Source of the DNA: Escherichia phage Lw1
Sequence record: KC801932
Strand: one strand, 5' to 3'
DNA: 64,000 bases
Part shown: in pieces, positions 9,941-19,270 of the stretch
Numbering within the stretch: position 1 is the first letter of the stretch
How the letters are laid out: each line of letters starts with the position of its first letter
Program-made: the position numbers and the translations under genes
The notes under the pieces: model-generated
What the model was told of the DNA's origin: nothing
What the model saw: the letters and a program-made list of their open reading frames with translations, nothing else
The model's database searches: none

Positions 9941-10007
9941 GGTAAATCTCCTTAGTTCGTTTCGATGGGGTAACTATATCAAAGTCGGTATTGCGATACA
10001 AGCAATT

Positions 10008-10226
10008 TTATTGATTTTCGAGCAAATAATTCAAATGGGCTTTCAGGGCCGGAAGTTCTGCAATGTGGTTTTTCTTAACTTTATCATACTCTTTGCGTTC
10101 CCACGGTTCCAGGTTACTCGCCAGCGCTTCATCACAATAAGCGATCCCGCGTTCTGCGTCCTGAACCATTTGAGTCCACTGTTTTACTGCTTGCTGATGA
10201 AGAGAACCGTTAACCATCATAATCAT
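10008..10226 (-). CDS. hypothetical protein
   Basis: 72 aa; GGGAGG before ATG. Confidence 0.45.
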   Translation of the reverse strand: MIMMVNGSLHQQAVKQWTQMVQDAERGIAYCDEALASNLEPWERKEYDKVKKNHIAELPALKAHLNYLLENQ

Positions 10227-10451
10227 TTCCTCCCTTGTTTCGATGGGGTAACTATATCAAAGCTACCCCGTGAAGTCTTTAGCAAAAAGTGCTATGAGTG
10301 AAGCCAATTACCGATCGCAACAATAAAACTAGTGATGAATGGGGCATTACAGAAAAACAGTACCCCGTAATCACATTCCTTTATCTTAAAGTTGTTGTAT
10401 ACAAGATAAAGAAAATTAGCAAAGGCCCATAGTGAGAACACAGCGAAAAAT

Positions 10452-10670
10452 TCAACCATGATTCTCTACCAGTTTTCCCTGATACCACTTAGGAAACGTA
10501 ACGCGTTCAATCAGGGTTCTTGCCAGGTTATGACTATCACCGAAAAGGAGAACACCAAACAAAGGATCTCTCTTGATGTCGTTTTTCCCTACGGTTCTCA
10601 TATTGCCTTGATAAATCACGGTGTCGCCCACCGTGATATCTTTGATACTGACTTTTGTTACATTATACAT
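10452..10670 (-). CDS. hypothetical protein
   Basis: 72 aa. Confidence 0.45.
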   Translation of the reverse strand: MYNVTKVSIKDITVGDTVIYQGNMRTVGKNDIKRDPLFGVLLFGDSHNLARTLIERVTFPKWYQGKLVENHG

Positions 10671-10819
10671 ACAATCACCTCAGCAAGTTTCGCGGGTTTC
10701 GCTTCCGGTCTGATTTTGAGCGCATCATCTAAATTCTTTTCAACCATAACAACTGCGTTTTCTTCGTTGAACCCGTTCTTAACCAGGGCTTTAACTACTT
10801 TGGCTTTTAAGTTTTCCAT
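10658..10819 (-). CDS. hypothetical small protein
   Basis: 53 aa from ATG (MENLKAKVVK); track N-terminus is translated leader sequence. Confidence 0.4.
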   Translation of the reverse strand: MENLKAKVVKALVKNGFNEENAVVMVEKNLDDALKIRPEAKPAKLAEVIVCIM

Positions 10820-10856
10820 GATGCGTTCCTTTTGTCTGTTTCGTTTCGATGTGTGT

Positions 10857-10900
10857 AATATACAAAAAAGCCCCCTGCATTGCAAGAGGCTTCTTTAGCA
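10857..10900 (-). promoter_or_regulatory. terminator hairpin with embedded promoter (-35 TTGCAA, 17 bp, -10 TATATT) plus conserved leader
   Basis: minus-sense hairpin followed by T-run after the 10911..11207 gene; leader 10825..10862 identical to 56214..56251. Confidence 0.5.
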
Positions 10901-10910
10901 AAAAGTGCTA

Positions 10911-11207
10911 TTATCTCAATAGTCGTTTACGAATGCCGCCATCACGGGTTTGGTCGTAAATCGCTTTGGCTTCTACTATTGTCTTTTTCAGTGTATGGCT
11001 TTCCCCGTATCCGGTAAAATAGAACTCAACGAACCCTTCGTAAAGGTTTACATGGGTCGTCACACCTTCACCACGGAAGTGTTTCACAAACTGGCGCGTA
11101 TTATACTTAAACCAATCATGGGCTTCCCCGTGTCTGTATAAGGAGTGGATCACAAATGCACCACCAACACTAATCAGAATAAGGCCAATTAATATAATAG
11201 TATTCAT
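10911..11207 (-). CDS. membrane protein
   Basis: 98 aa with N-terminal TM helix (MNTIILIGLILISVGGAFVI). Confidence 0.5.
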   Translation of the reverse strand: MNTIILIGLILISVGGAFVIHSLYRHGEAHDWFKYNTRQFVKHFRGEGVTTHVNLYEGFVEFYFTGYGESHTLKKTIVEAKAIYDQTRDGGIRKRLLR

Positions 11208-11413
11208 TATTTTCCCCTGTTTACAGACTGACGATGCAGCGCACGGTTGATGCGCGGTGCTTTATACGGTTTTACTTTGTATGGAGTCGGTTCATCGTAT
11301 GGAATTCGACTACACAGATCAACACAAGGTGTACGAACCCAACGAATAGAATCAATCAAGCAACTTACCAGAGTGCGGCTAATCATAGTACCGCCTAATA
11401 CCGCTATACGCAT
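11207..11413 (-). CDS. hypothetical protein
   Basis: 68 aa from internal ATG (MRIAVLGG). Confidence 0.4.
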   Translation of the reverse strand: MRIAVLGGTMISRTLVSCLIDSIRWVRTPCVDLCSRIPYDEPTPYKVKPYKAPRINRALHRQSVNRGK

Positions 11414-11421
11414 AAAACCCC

Positions 11422-11565
11422 CTATCGAGTAGCAAGAATGCGAAGCCATTCGCCCAACCAAACGATCGCCTCGTAGGACAACCATAATCCGATCGATACA
11501 ACTGAAATCATACCAATAATCGCAAATGCGAATACAACCTTAAATCCTTCTTTCAAATCAAACAT
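11422..11565 (-). CDS. small membrane protein
   Basis: 47-aa ORF absent from track (MFDLKEGFKVVFAFAIIGMISVVSIGLWL...); AAGAGGA before ATG. Confidence 0.4.
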   Translation of the reverse strand: MFDLKEGFKVVFAFAIIGMISVVSIGLWLSYEAIVWLGEWLRILATR

Positions 11566-11592
11566 AAATTGTCCTCTTTTGTGTCAGTCCCT

Positions 11593-11626
11593 AAAATAAC
11601 AAAACCCTTGCACGAATGCAAGGGTT
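11593..11626 (-). promoter_or_regulatory. terminator hairpin with embedded promoter (-35 TTGCAT, 17 bp, -10 TATTTT)
   Basis: minus-sense AACCCTTGCA-TTCG-TGCAAGGGTT after dexA, upstream of the 47-aa membrane ORF. Confidence 0.45.
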
Positions 11627-11630
11627 TTTA

Positions 11631-12302
11631 TTATCTTTTTCTCGGTAAACTCAGTTCGTCGGTTTCTTCTTCGGTCGGCGGTTCTTCCAACCCCATTGCA
11701 TAACGCATGGCATAGATCAGCATCAGCGCATCTTTTGCACAATCGTGAATTGAGTTGTGCATCACAAAACCATTTAGAATGCCTTTACGCAGAGGACAGG
11801 TTGAAGCCCCACGGGTCAACAGTCGGTTTTCAATGGCTGTACGCACATCACGACTATTCCAGAACACGGTCGGCATGTCGTCAAAGATGTCAATCTTTCC
11901 TATCATCTTACGTACCACATCAACCAGGATACCTCGATCGAATTCAGGGCCACGAACATAATCGAGGGATTGCCAACGGCTTACACCGTCTGCTTTCAAG
12001 TCCTCGAAAAACTGTTTATGTCCTTCGTACAGGTCGATATCATCAGGCGAAGGTTTCAGAATAGCACGGGCTTCTTCGCTTTGCTGTTTCCACCAATCAA
12101 TCGTTGATTTGTCAGCAATGCGATCCGGTTGCTTTTTCAAATCGAACTTATATTTTCTCCCCCGCGAAACCAGTTCCGCGAATGTTGGCGGGTTGTGGGG
12201 GTCGTCGATAAACGGAACGTAAGACAGTTCAACGAGTTTACCGTTTGGTGACGGGCCTACAGTTTCATAGTCCCATACGTAATCAACTGGAAGATGTGAC
12301 AT
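11631..12302 (-). CDS. dexA: exonuclease A (DEDDh 3'-5' exonuclease)
   Basis: 223 aa from ATG (MSHLPVDY); DYETVG and H-x4-D (HNSIHDCAKDA) motifs; near dda as in T4. Confidence 0.7.
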   Translation of the reverse strand: MSHLPVDYVWDYETVGPSPNGKLVELSYVPFIDDPHNPPTFAELVSRGRKYKFDLKKQPDRIADKSTIDWWKQQSEEARAILKPSPDDIDLYEGHKQFFEDLKADGVSRWQSLDYVRGPEFDRGILVDVVRKMIGKIDIFDDMPTVFWNSRDVRTAIENRLLTRGASTCPLRKGILNGFVMHNSIHDCAKDALMLIYAMRYAMGLEEPPTEEETDELSLPRKR

Positions 12303-12594
12303 TACGAATCCTCTTATATTCTTCCATGAAACCAGCCAGCGCAAGGGCTACTCTGGGAGTGATATCAAACTCACTGATTTCTTCGTTACTCAGCATCTGC
12401 ATACCGAATTGACGCAAACCACAGTTATATATCGACTGTTCGAGTCGCTTTGTATTTTCAACAGCTTCCACGAATTCACACAGATAGTCATAATCAACGT
12501 GTAACGGGATTTGCTCGCGGGGTGTCTTTAAAATCAGATCAGCAATCAGATCCGCATGAAGACGAGGGAATTTCATAGAGATATCTGTTTTCAT
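12283..12594 (-). CDS. hypothetical protein
   Basis: 103 aa from internal ATG; ATGA overlap with upstream gene. Confidence 0.5.
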   Translation of the reverse strand: MKTDISMKFPRLHADLIADLILKTPREQIPLHVDYDYLCEFVEAVENTKRLEQSIYNCGLRQFGMQMLSNEEISEFDITPRVALALAGFMEEYKRIRNVTSSS

Positions 12595-12902
12595 GGTAAG
12601 TACCACAGGTCTTTGTTTTCGCGTAAGTTACGCATGACACGAAGAATCATAGTAACAACACCATATTCTTCATATGTAAGTTCAACTGTAAGGGCGACGT
12701 TACCCCATGAATAACTTGGCCCATTAGGGCAATACAGATTTTTATTGTAGCTGTCAATGTATTTCAGCTTACGGATCACATCAGCAGGATCGATAGTGCT
12801 GTACATTGCAAACATGGAATTTGCATGAGGGTCTTTTTCGCGAATCTTTTCGACTGCGTTCAGAATCTGCTGGATGTCGGTAACTTTGATACTCAATTTC
12901 AT
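12591..12902 (-). CDS. hypothetical protein
   Basis: 103 aa. Confidence 0.5.
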   Translation of the reverse strand: MKLSIKVTDIQQILNAVEKIREKDPHANSMFAMYSTIDPADVIRKLKYIDSYNKNLYCPNGPSYSWGNVALTVELTYEEYGVVTMILRVMRNLRENKDLWYLP

Positions 12903-12928
12903 AATAACCTCATAGGGGCCGTAGCCCC

Positions 12929-14260
12929 TTATACATAGTCAACGGTGAAACGTGCGCGGGTAATACCCACATAGATTAACTGTTTGCACAGGTCATAGTC
13001 AGCGAAAGCGTAAGCATCGCGGGTATACATGTATGAATGGTCATACGTGCTTCCCTGGCCTTTGTGGTACGTGCAAACCGGAAGAGGCTTAACGTCCTGG
13101 AACTTGTTTTTAATGGCCCAGAATGAATGCCACGGGGCTTTATAACCTGTTTGCTGCTTGATGCGCTTATAGTTGCTTGCGACATAAGCCAGATAGTTCC
13201 CCAGACGTTCTTTCATCACCGGATCAACAACAACCTGAATCTGTGCGTTTGTCCCTTCTTCCAAAGATACCGTTTTCAGAAGGTAGTAGTCAATAGAAAT
13301 TTTCTCGTCACACTTATCAGCCTTAATGACCTCAGTTCGCGGAACAATTTCAAGCACCCTGATTTGTTCGTTATTGTTGTAAATGATTTCGGTGAATATC
13401 TGCCCGTTAAGACGCATTTCCTGAACTAACGGTTCCTGCATCACGATCACTTCGTCAACAATAAACGGTTGTGTTGTTTTATACAGGTGTTTTCGGATCG
13501 TTGCGTTCAGTTTGTCTACGTTGTCGTTGGTGTAGGCAAACATACGGTTTTCGATCAGATCATCAGGAGTCTTCACACGACGAAAATACTGTTTCAGGAA
13601 GTCTACAGCGTTCGCATGTTGGAATACACCAATATCCCCGACCGACATCGGTTTAAGCATCTTACCATCGCGTACAGCGCGTGAAACCTGAATAATCGGG
13701 TTCCCTTCGGCTTGACGCATGATTTTATCCAGACGAATAACATCAAAGATTTCTTCATCAAAGAATGGTGATAACTCAGTTTTCCCGTCAGAGTTTACCG
13801 GACGGATCTGGTCTTTGTCGCCCAGTCCCAGAATAACCGCATGACTGGGAATCGTTCGCTTAATGATGCGAAACAGTTCTGTATCAATCATCGATACTTC
13901 TTCGACAACAAACACACGACATTCTGATAAGTCTGCCGCTTTTTTACCGCGCTGCTGTTCGAATACGCGGATCTCTTCGTTCGTCACAGGGCTAATTTTC
14001 AAAGCAGAATGAACCGTTGTTGCATCCATACCCGTAGCCTGTGCAAGCACGTTTTTAGCCTGGTGCGTCGGTGCGGTTAACCACAACCCGCTAATACCCA
14101 TAGCTTTCAGGGTTTCGAAGATAAACTTCACCAGTGTTGTTTTACCAACGCCAGGGCCACCCGTGATTGTGGTATGTACCTTGTTTTGAATGTTTTTGAT
14201 AACACGATCGTGACCTGCTTTCTGGTCATCACTCAGATCGTCAAATGTTAATTCGTTCAT
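12929..14260 (-). CDS. dda: Dda DNA helicase (SF1B)
   Basis: 443 aa; Walker A GGPGVGKTT; EVSM, KQIRPV, VMQEPL, GQGSTYDHSYMY, LIYVGITRARFTVDYV closely parallel T4 Dda. Confidence 0.9.
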   Translation of the reverse strand: MNELTFDDLSDDQKAGHDRVIKNIQNKVHTTITGGPGVGKTTLVKFIFETLKAMGISGLWLTAPTHQAKNVLAQATGMDATTVHSALKISPVTNEEIRVFEQQRGKKAADLSECRVFVVEEVSMIDTELFRIIKRTIPSHAVILGLGDKDQIRPVNSDGKTELSPFFDEEIFDVIRLDKIMRQAEGNPIIQVSRAVRDGKMLKPMSVGDIGVFQHANAVDFLKQYFRRVKTPDDLIENRMFAYTNDNVDKLNATIRKHLYKTTQPFIVDEVIVMQEPLVQEMRLNGQIFTEIIYNNNEQIRVLEIVPRTEVIKADKCDEKISIDYYLLKTVSLEEGTNAQIQVVVDPVMKERLGNYLAYVASNYKRIKQQTGYKAPWHSFWAIKNKFQDVKPLPVCTYHKGQGSTYDHSYMYTRDAYAFADYDLCKQLIYVGITRARFTVDYV

Positions 14261-14544
14261 ACTTTGAGTATTACCCCTTGAATTTTCGAGTTCTCAATAA
14301 ACCAACGCATTTCTTTCTTCTGTTCTTCGGTTGCTGGCAACTGTTCGGTCTTGCGGAAGAAACTAAAACGCGGTTCTTCTGGAACATAGTTGATTTTTTG
14401 TTCAAAGCAACCCTGGATAAAACGCAACTTCGAAGCCGCTGCGTCTTGAGTCAGAAACAGTTCTGGCGGTTTTCCCTTTTCGGTGTAAGGAACAGTGAAC
14501 CCGTCTTTGTCTTTCGTAACAATGATGTAATATTTGGCAATCAT
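14257..14544 (-). CDS. hypothetical protein
   Basis: 95 aa. Confidence 0.5.
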   Translation of the reverse strand: MIAKYYIIVTKDKDGFTVPYTEKGKPPELFLTQDAAASKLRFIQGCFEQKINYVPEEPRFSFFRKTEQLPATEEQKKEMRWFIENSKIQGVILKV

Positions 14545-14726
14545 TTTTCTCGCCCCTCATATATGACGTAGAATAAACCTATAAACCATAATATTGATAC
14601 TACAGCCAACAGGGGTTTGTTGTCAACACCGTTTACATGGAAAACGCACCATCCAAAGAGATACGTTATCACCGCGCACACGATGTATGACATTGCTAAT
14701 ATTGCGTATAGCGCGGTGATGTCCAT
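14541..14726 (-). CDS. small membrane protein
   Basis: 61 aa, two hydrophobic segments. Confidence 0.45.
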   Translation of the reverse strand: MDITALYAILAMSYIVCAVITYLFGWCVFHVNGVDNKPLLAVVSILWFIGLFYVIYEGREK

Positions 14727-15262
14727 TAGTAGTTGTTAGCCCAACGACGCAGGTTTTCAGCCTGTTTCAGAGCATACAGCTTGTAGATGGTTTCCGCATC
14801 CAGCCCCAGCGCGAGGAACTTACACATGAAGAAATGCCACTGGTCGATCAGTTCAAACAGGATTTCCAGTTTATCTTCTTCTTTCATTTCTGCGAATACC
14901 TGGTTACGCAGTGCCTGATGATTTGATTTCCACGGTTTCCAGACACCGGAAGCCGCTTTTGCACCGCGAGACATACCACCCAGAGCGGTGTAAAGTTCGC
15001 GGGTTTCATCTGCGATCGCGTCATCTTGTAGTTTCAGCCAGTCTAGGATCTCACCGCACGTTTTCAGTTCGTTCGGACGTGGAACCCAATGCAGCGTATC
15101 AGACAGGCTTTGTTGTGCATGGTTTTGTAAATCCAGCATGGATTGTAAAGGATCGCCATTACGGGCCAGAACCTTTTGATATTCGGAATCTACAAATTCC
15201 AGATCTTCCGGGTTAACCAGGTGCGCACATGAATTAAATACAGGAGTTTTATCAGTAGTCAT
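14726..15262 (-). CDS. 56: dCTP pyrophosphatase (dCTPase)
   Basis: 178 aa; NSCAHLV, LQSMLDLQ, LGGMSRGAKAASGVWKPWK, LEILFELIDQWHF, KLYALKQAEN parallel T4 gp56. Confidence 0.8.
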   Translation of the reverse strand: MTTDKTPVFNSCAHLVNPEDLEFVDSEYQKVLARNGDPLQSMLDLQNHAQQSLSDTLHWVPRPNELKTCGEILDWLKLQDDAIADETRELYTALGGMSRGAKAASGVWKPWKSNHQALRNQVFAEMKEEDKLEILFELIDQWHFFMCKFLALGLDAETIYKLYALKQAENLRRWANNY

Positions 15263-15273
15263 ATCAATCTCAA

Positions 15274-15591
15274 TTAAATTAGGTTGTTGTTCCAGTTTTT
15301 ATACATGCTGCGATTATTGATCGCATCTTCGATATTTTCTTTGAATACAGCTACAAATTGTGCCTTTGTGATATCAAGAGGTAAATAATCGGCGGTTGTA
15401 TCGCAGTACGGCCCATATGCATAACAATCACTGGATCGCTCAACAAAGAAATATTCATTCATAAATTCGCTGATCTTTGGATTATCCTTAACGAATGCGC
15501 CGAACCCACACCATGCGCCCTCACCCTCATTAAGTCCTTTCAGGTAGTTGAATAATCCAACACTATCAATTTTATATTTTGCTTTAGCCAT
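15274..15591 (-). CDS. hypothetical protein
   Basis: 105 aa. Confidence 0.5.
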   Translation of the reverse strand: MAKAKYKIDSVGLFNYLKGLNEGEGAWCGFGAFVKDNPKISEFMNEYFFVERSSDCYAYGPYCDTTADYLPLDITKAQFVAVFKENIEDAINNRSMYKNWNNNLI

Positions 15592-15598
15592 AATTATC

Positions 15599-16624
15599 TC
15601 ATTTTTTCGGTGATTTGTTCCACGACTTAAATCGAAGTTTTGCCATGAGTCCAGAAACAGTATTATCTTTCAAATACTGCATAATTTCGGCTTTGGTTGC
15701 ACCGTCAGTTTTTATCATTTCGTTGATATCTTTTGACGACCACGGGCTATTATCCCACATCACAACCTTTTCGCCGGACTCAATTAATTTTAAAAGGCGT
15801 GAACAAGTATCAGGGTGACGGGCTTCGTTGTCAAGTACCCAAACACGCATATTTTTATACGGAACCTCAGACAACGCCAACTGTCCACCAGTGATCGCCC
15901 CTGCATTATCAACAAACAGGCTATCTAATGGCCCTTCAAGGAAGTAAACCGTTTTCAACGGGTCTATGGTGTCTTGTCCATAGATTTTCGTTGACTGCTC
16001 ACATGCTTTGATAGTCATGTATTTTGCTGCTGCATTGTCACGCAGAGCACGTCCCTGGAACGATTCAATCTTACCTTTGTTGTCAAAGATAGGGATCACT
16101 AAACGCGGTTCATCCTTCGGCAATGGGTACGCATCAGGAGTGATCGAGTTTACCAGGTGTTGCCATTGACGCGTAAACCAGAGGCGATCATATTTGTCTT
16201 TAGGTATGTGGCGACCTGCAACATACTTAATGATAGGGTGACTTTCTGGTAAAGTGTCCAGGCGTTCGCAGAACTGCAATTCAGGAATATACTTCTTCTC
16301 TTCCTTCGGGGGTTCTACATGGGTTTGTTTCGTTTGTTTGCGATCCTTGAACGATTCCATAAGATAATCCCTGTAATCGTCAGGGTAATAATCTTTAAGG
16401 AACACGGTAAACGGTCGGTTATACCCACAGTTAAAACAACCACAGTTCATGTGGTCGCCTTTCTTCGACGGATAGATCCAGAAACGTTTTTTGTGTTTGT
16501 CTTTCATGGAGTCGCCACAAATCGGACAACGGGAATGGATGCTTAACGATCCACCCCGTCGAACGATTTCACTTTGTGGTAATGATCCCATGATACGAGT
16601 TGCAAACTCTATATCAAGATACAT
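15599..16624 (-). CDS. 61: DNA primase
   Basis: 341 aa; N-terminal zinc ribbon (CPICGDS...CGCFNCGY) and C-terminal TOPRIM-like region; T4 gp61 size. Confidence 0.85.
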   Translation of the reverse strand: MYLDIEFATRIMGSLPQSEIVRRGGSLSIHSRCPICGDSMKDKHKKRFWIYPSKKGDHMNCGCFNCGYNRPFTVFLKDYYPDDYRDYLMESFKDRKQTKQTHVEPPKEEKKYIPELQFCERLDTLPESHPIIKYVAGRHIPKDKYDRLWFTRQWQHLVNSITPDAYPLPKDEPRLVIPIFDNKGKIESFQGRALRDNAAAKYMTIKACEQSTKIYGQDTIDPLKTVYFLEGPLDSLFVDNAGAITGGQLALSEVPYKNMRVWVLDNEARHPDTCSRLLKLIESGEKVVMWDNSPWSSKDINEMIKTDGATKAEIMQYLKDNTVSGLMAKLRFKSWNKSPKK

Positions 16625-16632
16625 TATTACCT

Positions 16633-16854
16633 CTATTCGTAAACTTCGTTTTCAGTACCGTCTAACGTGATTTTCCAGTCACAGAATACATCATTAAACG
16701 AACGGGATCTAGGAATATCAACACCAGATGTTCCCTTTCTTACATTCGTATACACAACAACGGTATCGCTCATGTATCGGATTCGGATCGGGAACCATGT
16801 GTAATTATTCGCAGTCACCCATATTCTATAATTCAACGGAGGGAATGGTTTCAT
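16633..16854 (-). CDS. hypothetical protein
   Basis: 73 aa. Confidence 0.4.
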   Translation of the reverse strand: MKPFPPLNYRIWVTANNYTWFPIRIRYMSDTVVVYTNVRKGTSGVDIPRSRSFNDVFCDWKITLDGTENEVYE

Positions 16855-17342
16855 TCTTCACTCTTCATAATTTTACGTTTGCGTTTATGAGGACGCGTAG
16901 AACCCAGGACTTTTGGCCCTTTGTTCGTGATCGCGCCAGTGGTAACACCAGAAGCAATATTTTCAACACTACCGCCTGAATCACCAGCGACCATTTCTTC
17001 ATTCATGATTTGACGCATTTCTGGCATGTTCATCATGATCATTTCGTGGTCTTCTTCCGTCAGGTTATAACGGTTGCGTAGCGAGTCGTACATGCTCGTA
17101 AGGTTCATGAACCCAGACATATAGGGAACCGCATTTAAACGGCGCTTGATGTGTCTAACAGAGCGATGGAACGGGGAATATGCTTCCTGTTCTTCCTTCG
17201 TCTTAGGGTTCTTGATTACTTCCCCTTGACCGTCGATGATTCCCAGCTTGTACGCCGTCCATTCGGTAAAGGGTTTTTTCAGTAGGCGAATCATTCGCAC
17301 ACTGTAAGTTAAATCCATGTTTTTTACTAATTGATCGCTCAT
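16851..17342 (-). CDS. hypothetical protein
   Basis: 163 aa; basic C-terminal tail. Confidence 0.5.
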   Translation of the reverse strand: MSDQLVKNMDLTYSVRMIRLLKKPFTEWTAYKLGIIDGQGEVIKNPKTKEEQEAYSPFHRSVRHIKRRLNAVPYMSGFMNLTSMYDSLRNRYNLTEEDHEMIMMNMPEMRQIMNEEMVAGDSGGSVENIASGVTTGAITNKGPKVLGSTRPHKRKRKIMKSEE

Positions 17343-17347
17343 AGTCT

Positions 17348-18133
17348 TTACTCTATTGTGAAAGTGAAAAGGTTTTGCGCGGGTTTGGTTTCCGGTTCGG
17401 GGAATTCCATGCAGACAATTTCACACAACGGCTTCACGCCTTTCCAGTCCTCCAGATAGTATCCGGTATCAATGCCGCAACCAGGTTGCATTTCAAGGCC
17501 AGTTTCATCGAGAAACTTTTTACATTTTGATGACGTTGTTGATTCATCTTTCCTAAAATAACGTTCACCGGAGTATCGGAAGTTAGCGGACATTTGCGGG
17601 AGGATGAACGTACCCATACGGGCAATCTGTGAAGCACGTTCGATCACCTTATATTCAAATTCCGCGCCTGTATACTTACCCTTAAAATCGGATGTCTTTA
17701 TCTTCCCGAAAGGTGGATTACTGATCGCCATATCAAACAGAGTATCAAACTCAGTCGTTAATGCGTCTGCATTAATCCAGGTCGCTTCCGGTACGATACG
17801 CTTACCCAACTTATAGTATGTATGGTTTAACTCAACACAGACGATTTCACGCGGTTTTGCGTACATCATCATATGAATCATCGCAAAGGATAAACCACCA
17901 ATACCAGCGCAAAGGTCAACAACACTTCCGCTTGTGCAAGCATCGATCGTGAAATCGCGAGCAAGCCCAATCGGGGTAAAGAATGCCCCTAACTCAGAAT
18001 TATTCGTAAAAGCACCTTCATGGAAGTTCTCAATAATGAATAACTTCTCTTCATAGGTTAGTGCTTTGTCAGACTCCACCAGATCCATTATCTGATTGTG
18101 TTTCTTCGTTTCCGCTTTTGTTAACTTCGCCAT
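17348..18133 (-). CDS. putative N6-adenine-type DNA methyltransferase
   Basis: 261 aa; GAFFTP, SAM-binding VDLCAGIGG, catalytic NPPF; motif order suits a gamma-class amino-methyltransferase. Confidence 0.65.
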   Translation of the reverse strand: MAKLTKAETKKHNQIMDLVESDKALTYEEKLFIIENFHEGAFTNNSELGAFFTPIGLARDFTIDACTSGSVVDLCAGIGGLSFAMIHMMMYAKPREIVCVELNHTYYKLGKRIVPEATWINADALTTEFDTLFDMAISNPPFGKIKTSDFKGKYTGAEFEYKVIERASQIARMGTFILPQMSANFRYSGERYFRKDESTTSSKCKKFLDETGLEMQPGCGIDTGYYLEDWKGVKPLCEIVCMEFPEPETKPAQNLFTFTIE

Positions 18134-18473
18134 TGTCCCAACTATACAATAATGTTGATTCGTTTGGATAGAATTCCCACCCGTCTACATATCCGGTTTC
18201 CCAGTCAGTAGTTTGGTCAAAACCACAGATCCATTCATACACACCTGGCGGCATTTCAACGGAATCAGGTAGCCCGATATCTTCCGCACTGCGTCCACAT
18301 TCAAAGAATGAATCATGTATGTTTGGTCGAGATAATACAGTAACATAACCTTCGTCGTCAATAGCCACAATCCATTTCGAACTGTGAGGACTATCGAAAA
18401 CTGGTCCTTCATCAGGAATTGCTTGCATTTCCACGTTTCCCAAGTCAAAATTTCCCCAGTCAATATTATTCAT
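18069..18473 (-). CDS. hypothetical protein
   Basis: 134 aa; 3' end overlaps the methyltransferase start by about 65 nt. Confidence 0.5.
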   Translation of the reverse strand: MNNIDWGNFDLGNVEMQAIPDEGPVFDSPHSSKWIVAIDDEGYVTVLSRPNIHDSFFECGRSAEDIGLPDSVEMPPGVYEWICGFDQTTDWETGYVDGWEFYPNESTLLYSWDNGEVNKSGNEETQSDNGSGGV

Positions 18474-18700
18474 TTCACTAAACCCTCTTTCAAACCTTCT
18501 TTGATTGCTTTAAGAACACCAATGAACGCATCTTTACCGCCCATAGCACCGATGATAATCATAAGCCCCATTACAAACCCTGCTGCTGCGATCCTGAAAA
18601 GGTTCCATGCAAACGGGATAGCCATTAAAACCAGCCACGGGAACGGGAATCCCATCAGCGCGTTCAGAACAAGTAAGATAAAAGCGATTGCAAGTTTCAT
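18470..18700 (-). CDS. membrane protein
   Basis: about 76 aa from internal ATG (MKLAIAFILLV); three hydrophobic segments. Confidence 0.5.
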   Translation of the reverse strand: MKLAIAFILLVLNALMGFPFPWLVLMAIPFAWNLFRIAAAGFVMGLMIIIGAMGGKDAFIGVLKAIKEGLKEGLVK

Positions 18701-18764
18701 GATGTCCTCCTTTTGTTTAATATAAGGTATCACTTTTCACAGGTGATTGCAATACCTACAAATA

Positions 18765-18790
18765 CAAAAAAGCCCCGAAAGGGGCTTTTA
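18765..18790. terminator. bidirectional intrinsic terminator (A-run, AGCCCC-GAAA-GGGGCT, T-run)
   Basis: read directly between the 18470 and 18793 genes. Confidence 0.65.
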
Positions 18791-18792
18791 TT

Positions 18793-19047
18793 TTATGCTT
18801 TGTTGATTAGATACCGGAGAACGTTTTTCGCTTGTTCCTCATTACAACCAACTTTGAAATCAGGGTCGATCGGAAGGAAGTTCCAGAGGAATTCAACACT
18901 ACCTTCAACGTCAGCTTTAGCGCCTTTCAGCATTTCAACAAGTAAACCTCTGTTTACTACGCTGTTGACTACTGCATCGAAATAACCACTGCTGAAATTC
19001 AGTTCTGGGTTCAGAACTTCGTCGTATGGGTTGTTCAGTAAGTTCAT
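18793..19047 (-). CDS. hypothetical protein
   Basis: 84 aa; AAGGAG before ATG; bidirectional terminator at 3' end. Confidence 0.5.
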   Translation of the reverse strand: MNLLNNPYDEVLNPELNFSSGYFDAVVNSVVNRGLLVEMLKGAKADVEGSVEFLWNFLPIDPDFKVGCNEEQAKNVLRYLINKA

Positions 19048-19120
19048 TTGGTATCTCCTTTTAATCTTTTGTTGTCTACGGGAGTCATATTATCATACTG
19101 ACTACCTGTGTCAACAACTT

Positions 19121-19270
19121 TTTAGATTATCGGGTACTTTTTACAACCCATCGAGAGAATGCAGGAAATACACCTGCAACAGCAACGGTAATCACCACCC
19201 ATACAGCGATTTTACCCACAGTCAATAGAATCAGCGGAGAGAATACCCACCACCAGGAAGCAGTAGCCAT
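19121..19270 (-). CDS. possible small transmembrane peptide
   Basis: 49-codon ORF absent from track (MATASWWWVFSPLILLTVGKIAVWVVITVAVAGVF...); in frame with gp41 beyond its stop; no clear SD. Confidence 0.3.

Noticed and set aside
10458-10898. Plus-strand 146-aa ORF
   Set aside because: Spans two minus-strand genes and a promoter module; low-complexity translation; likely spurious.
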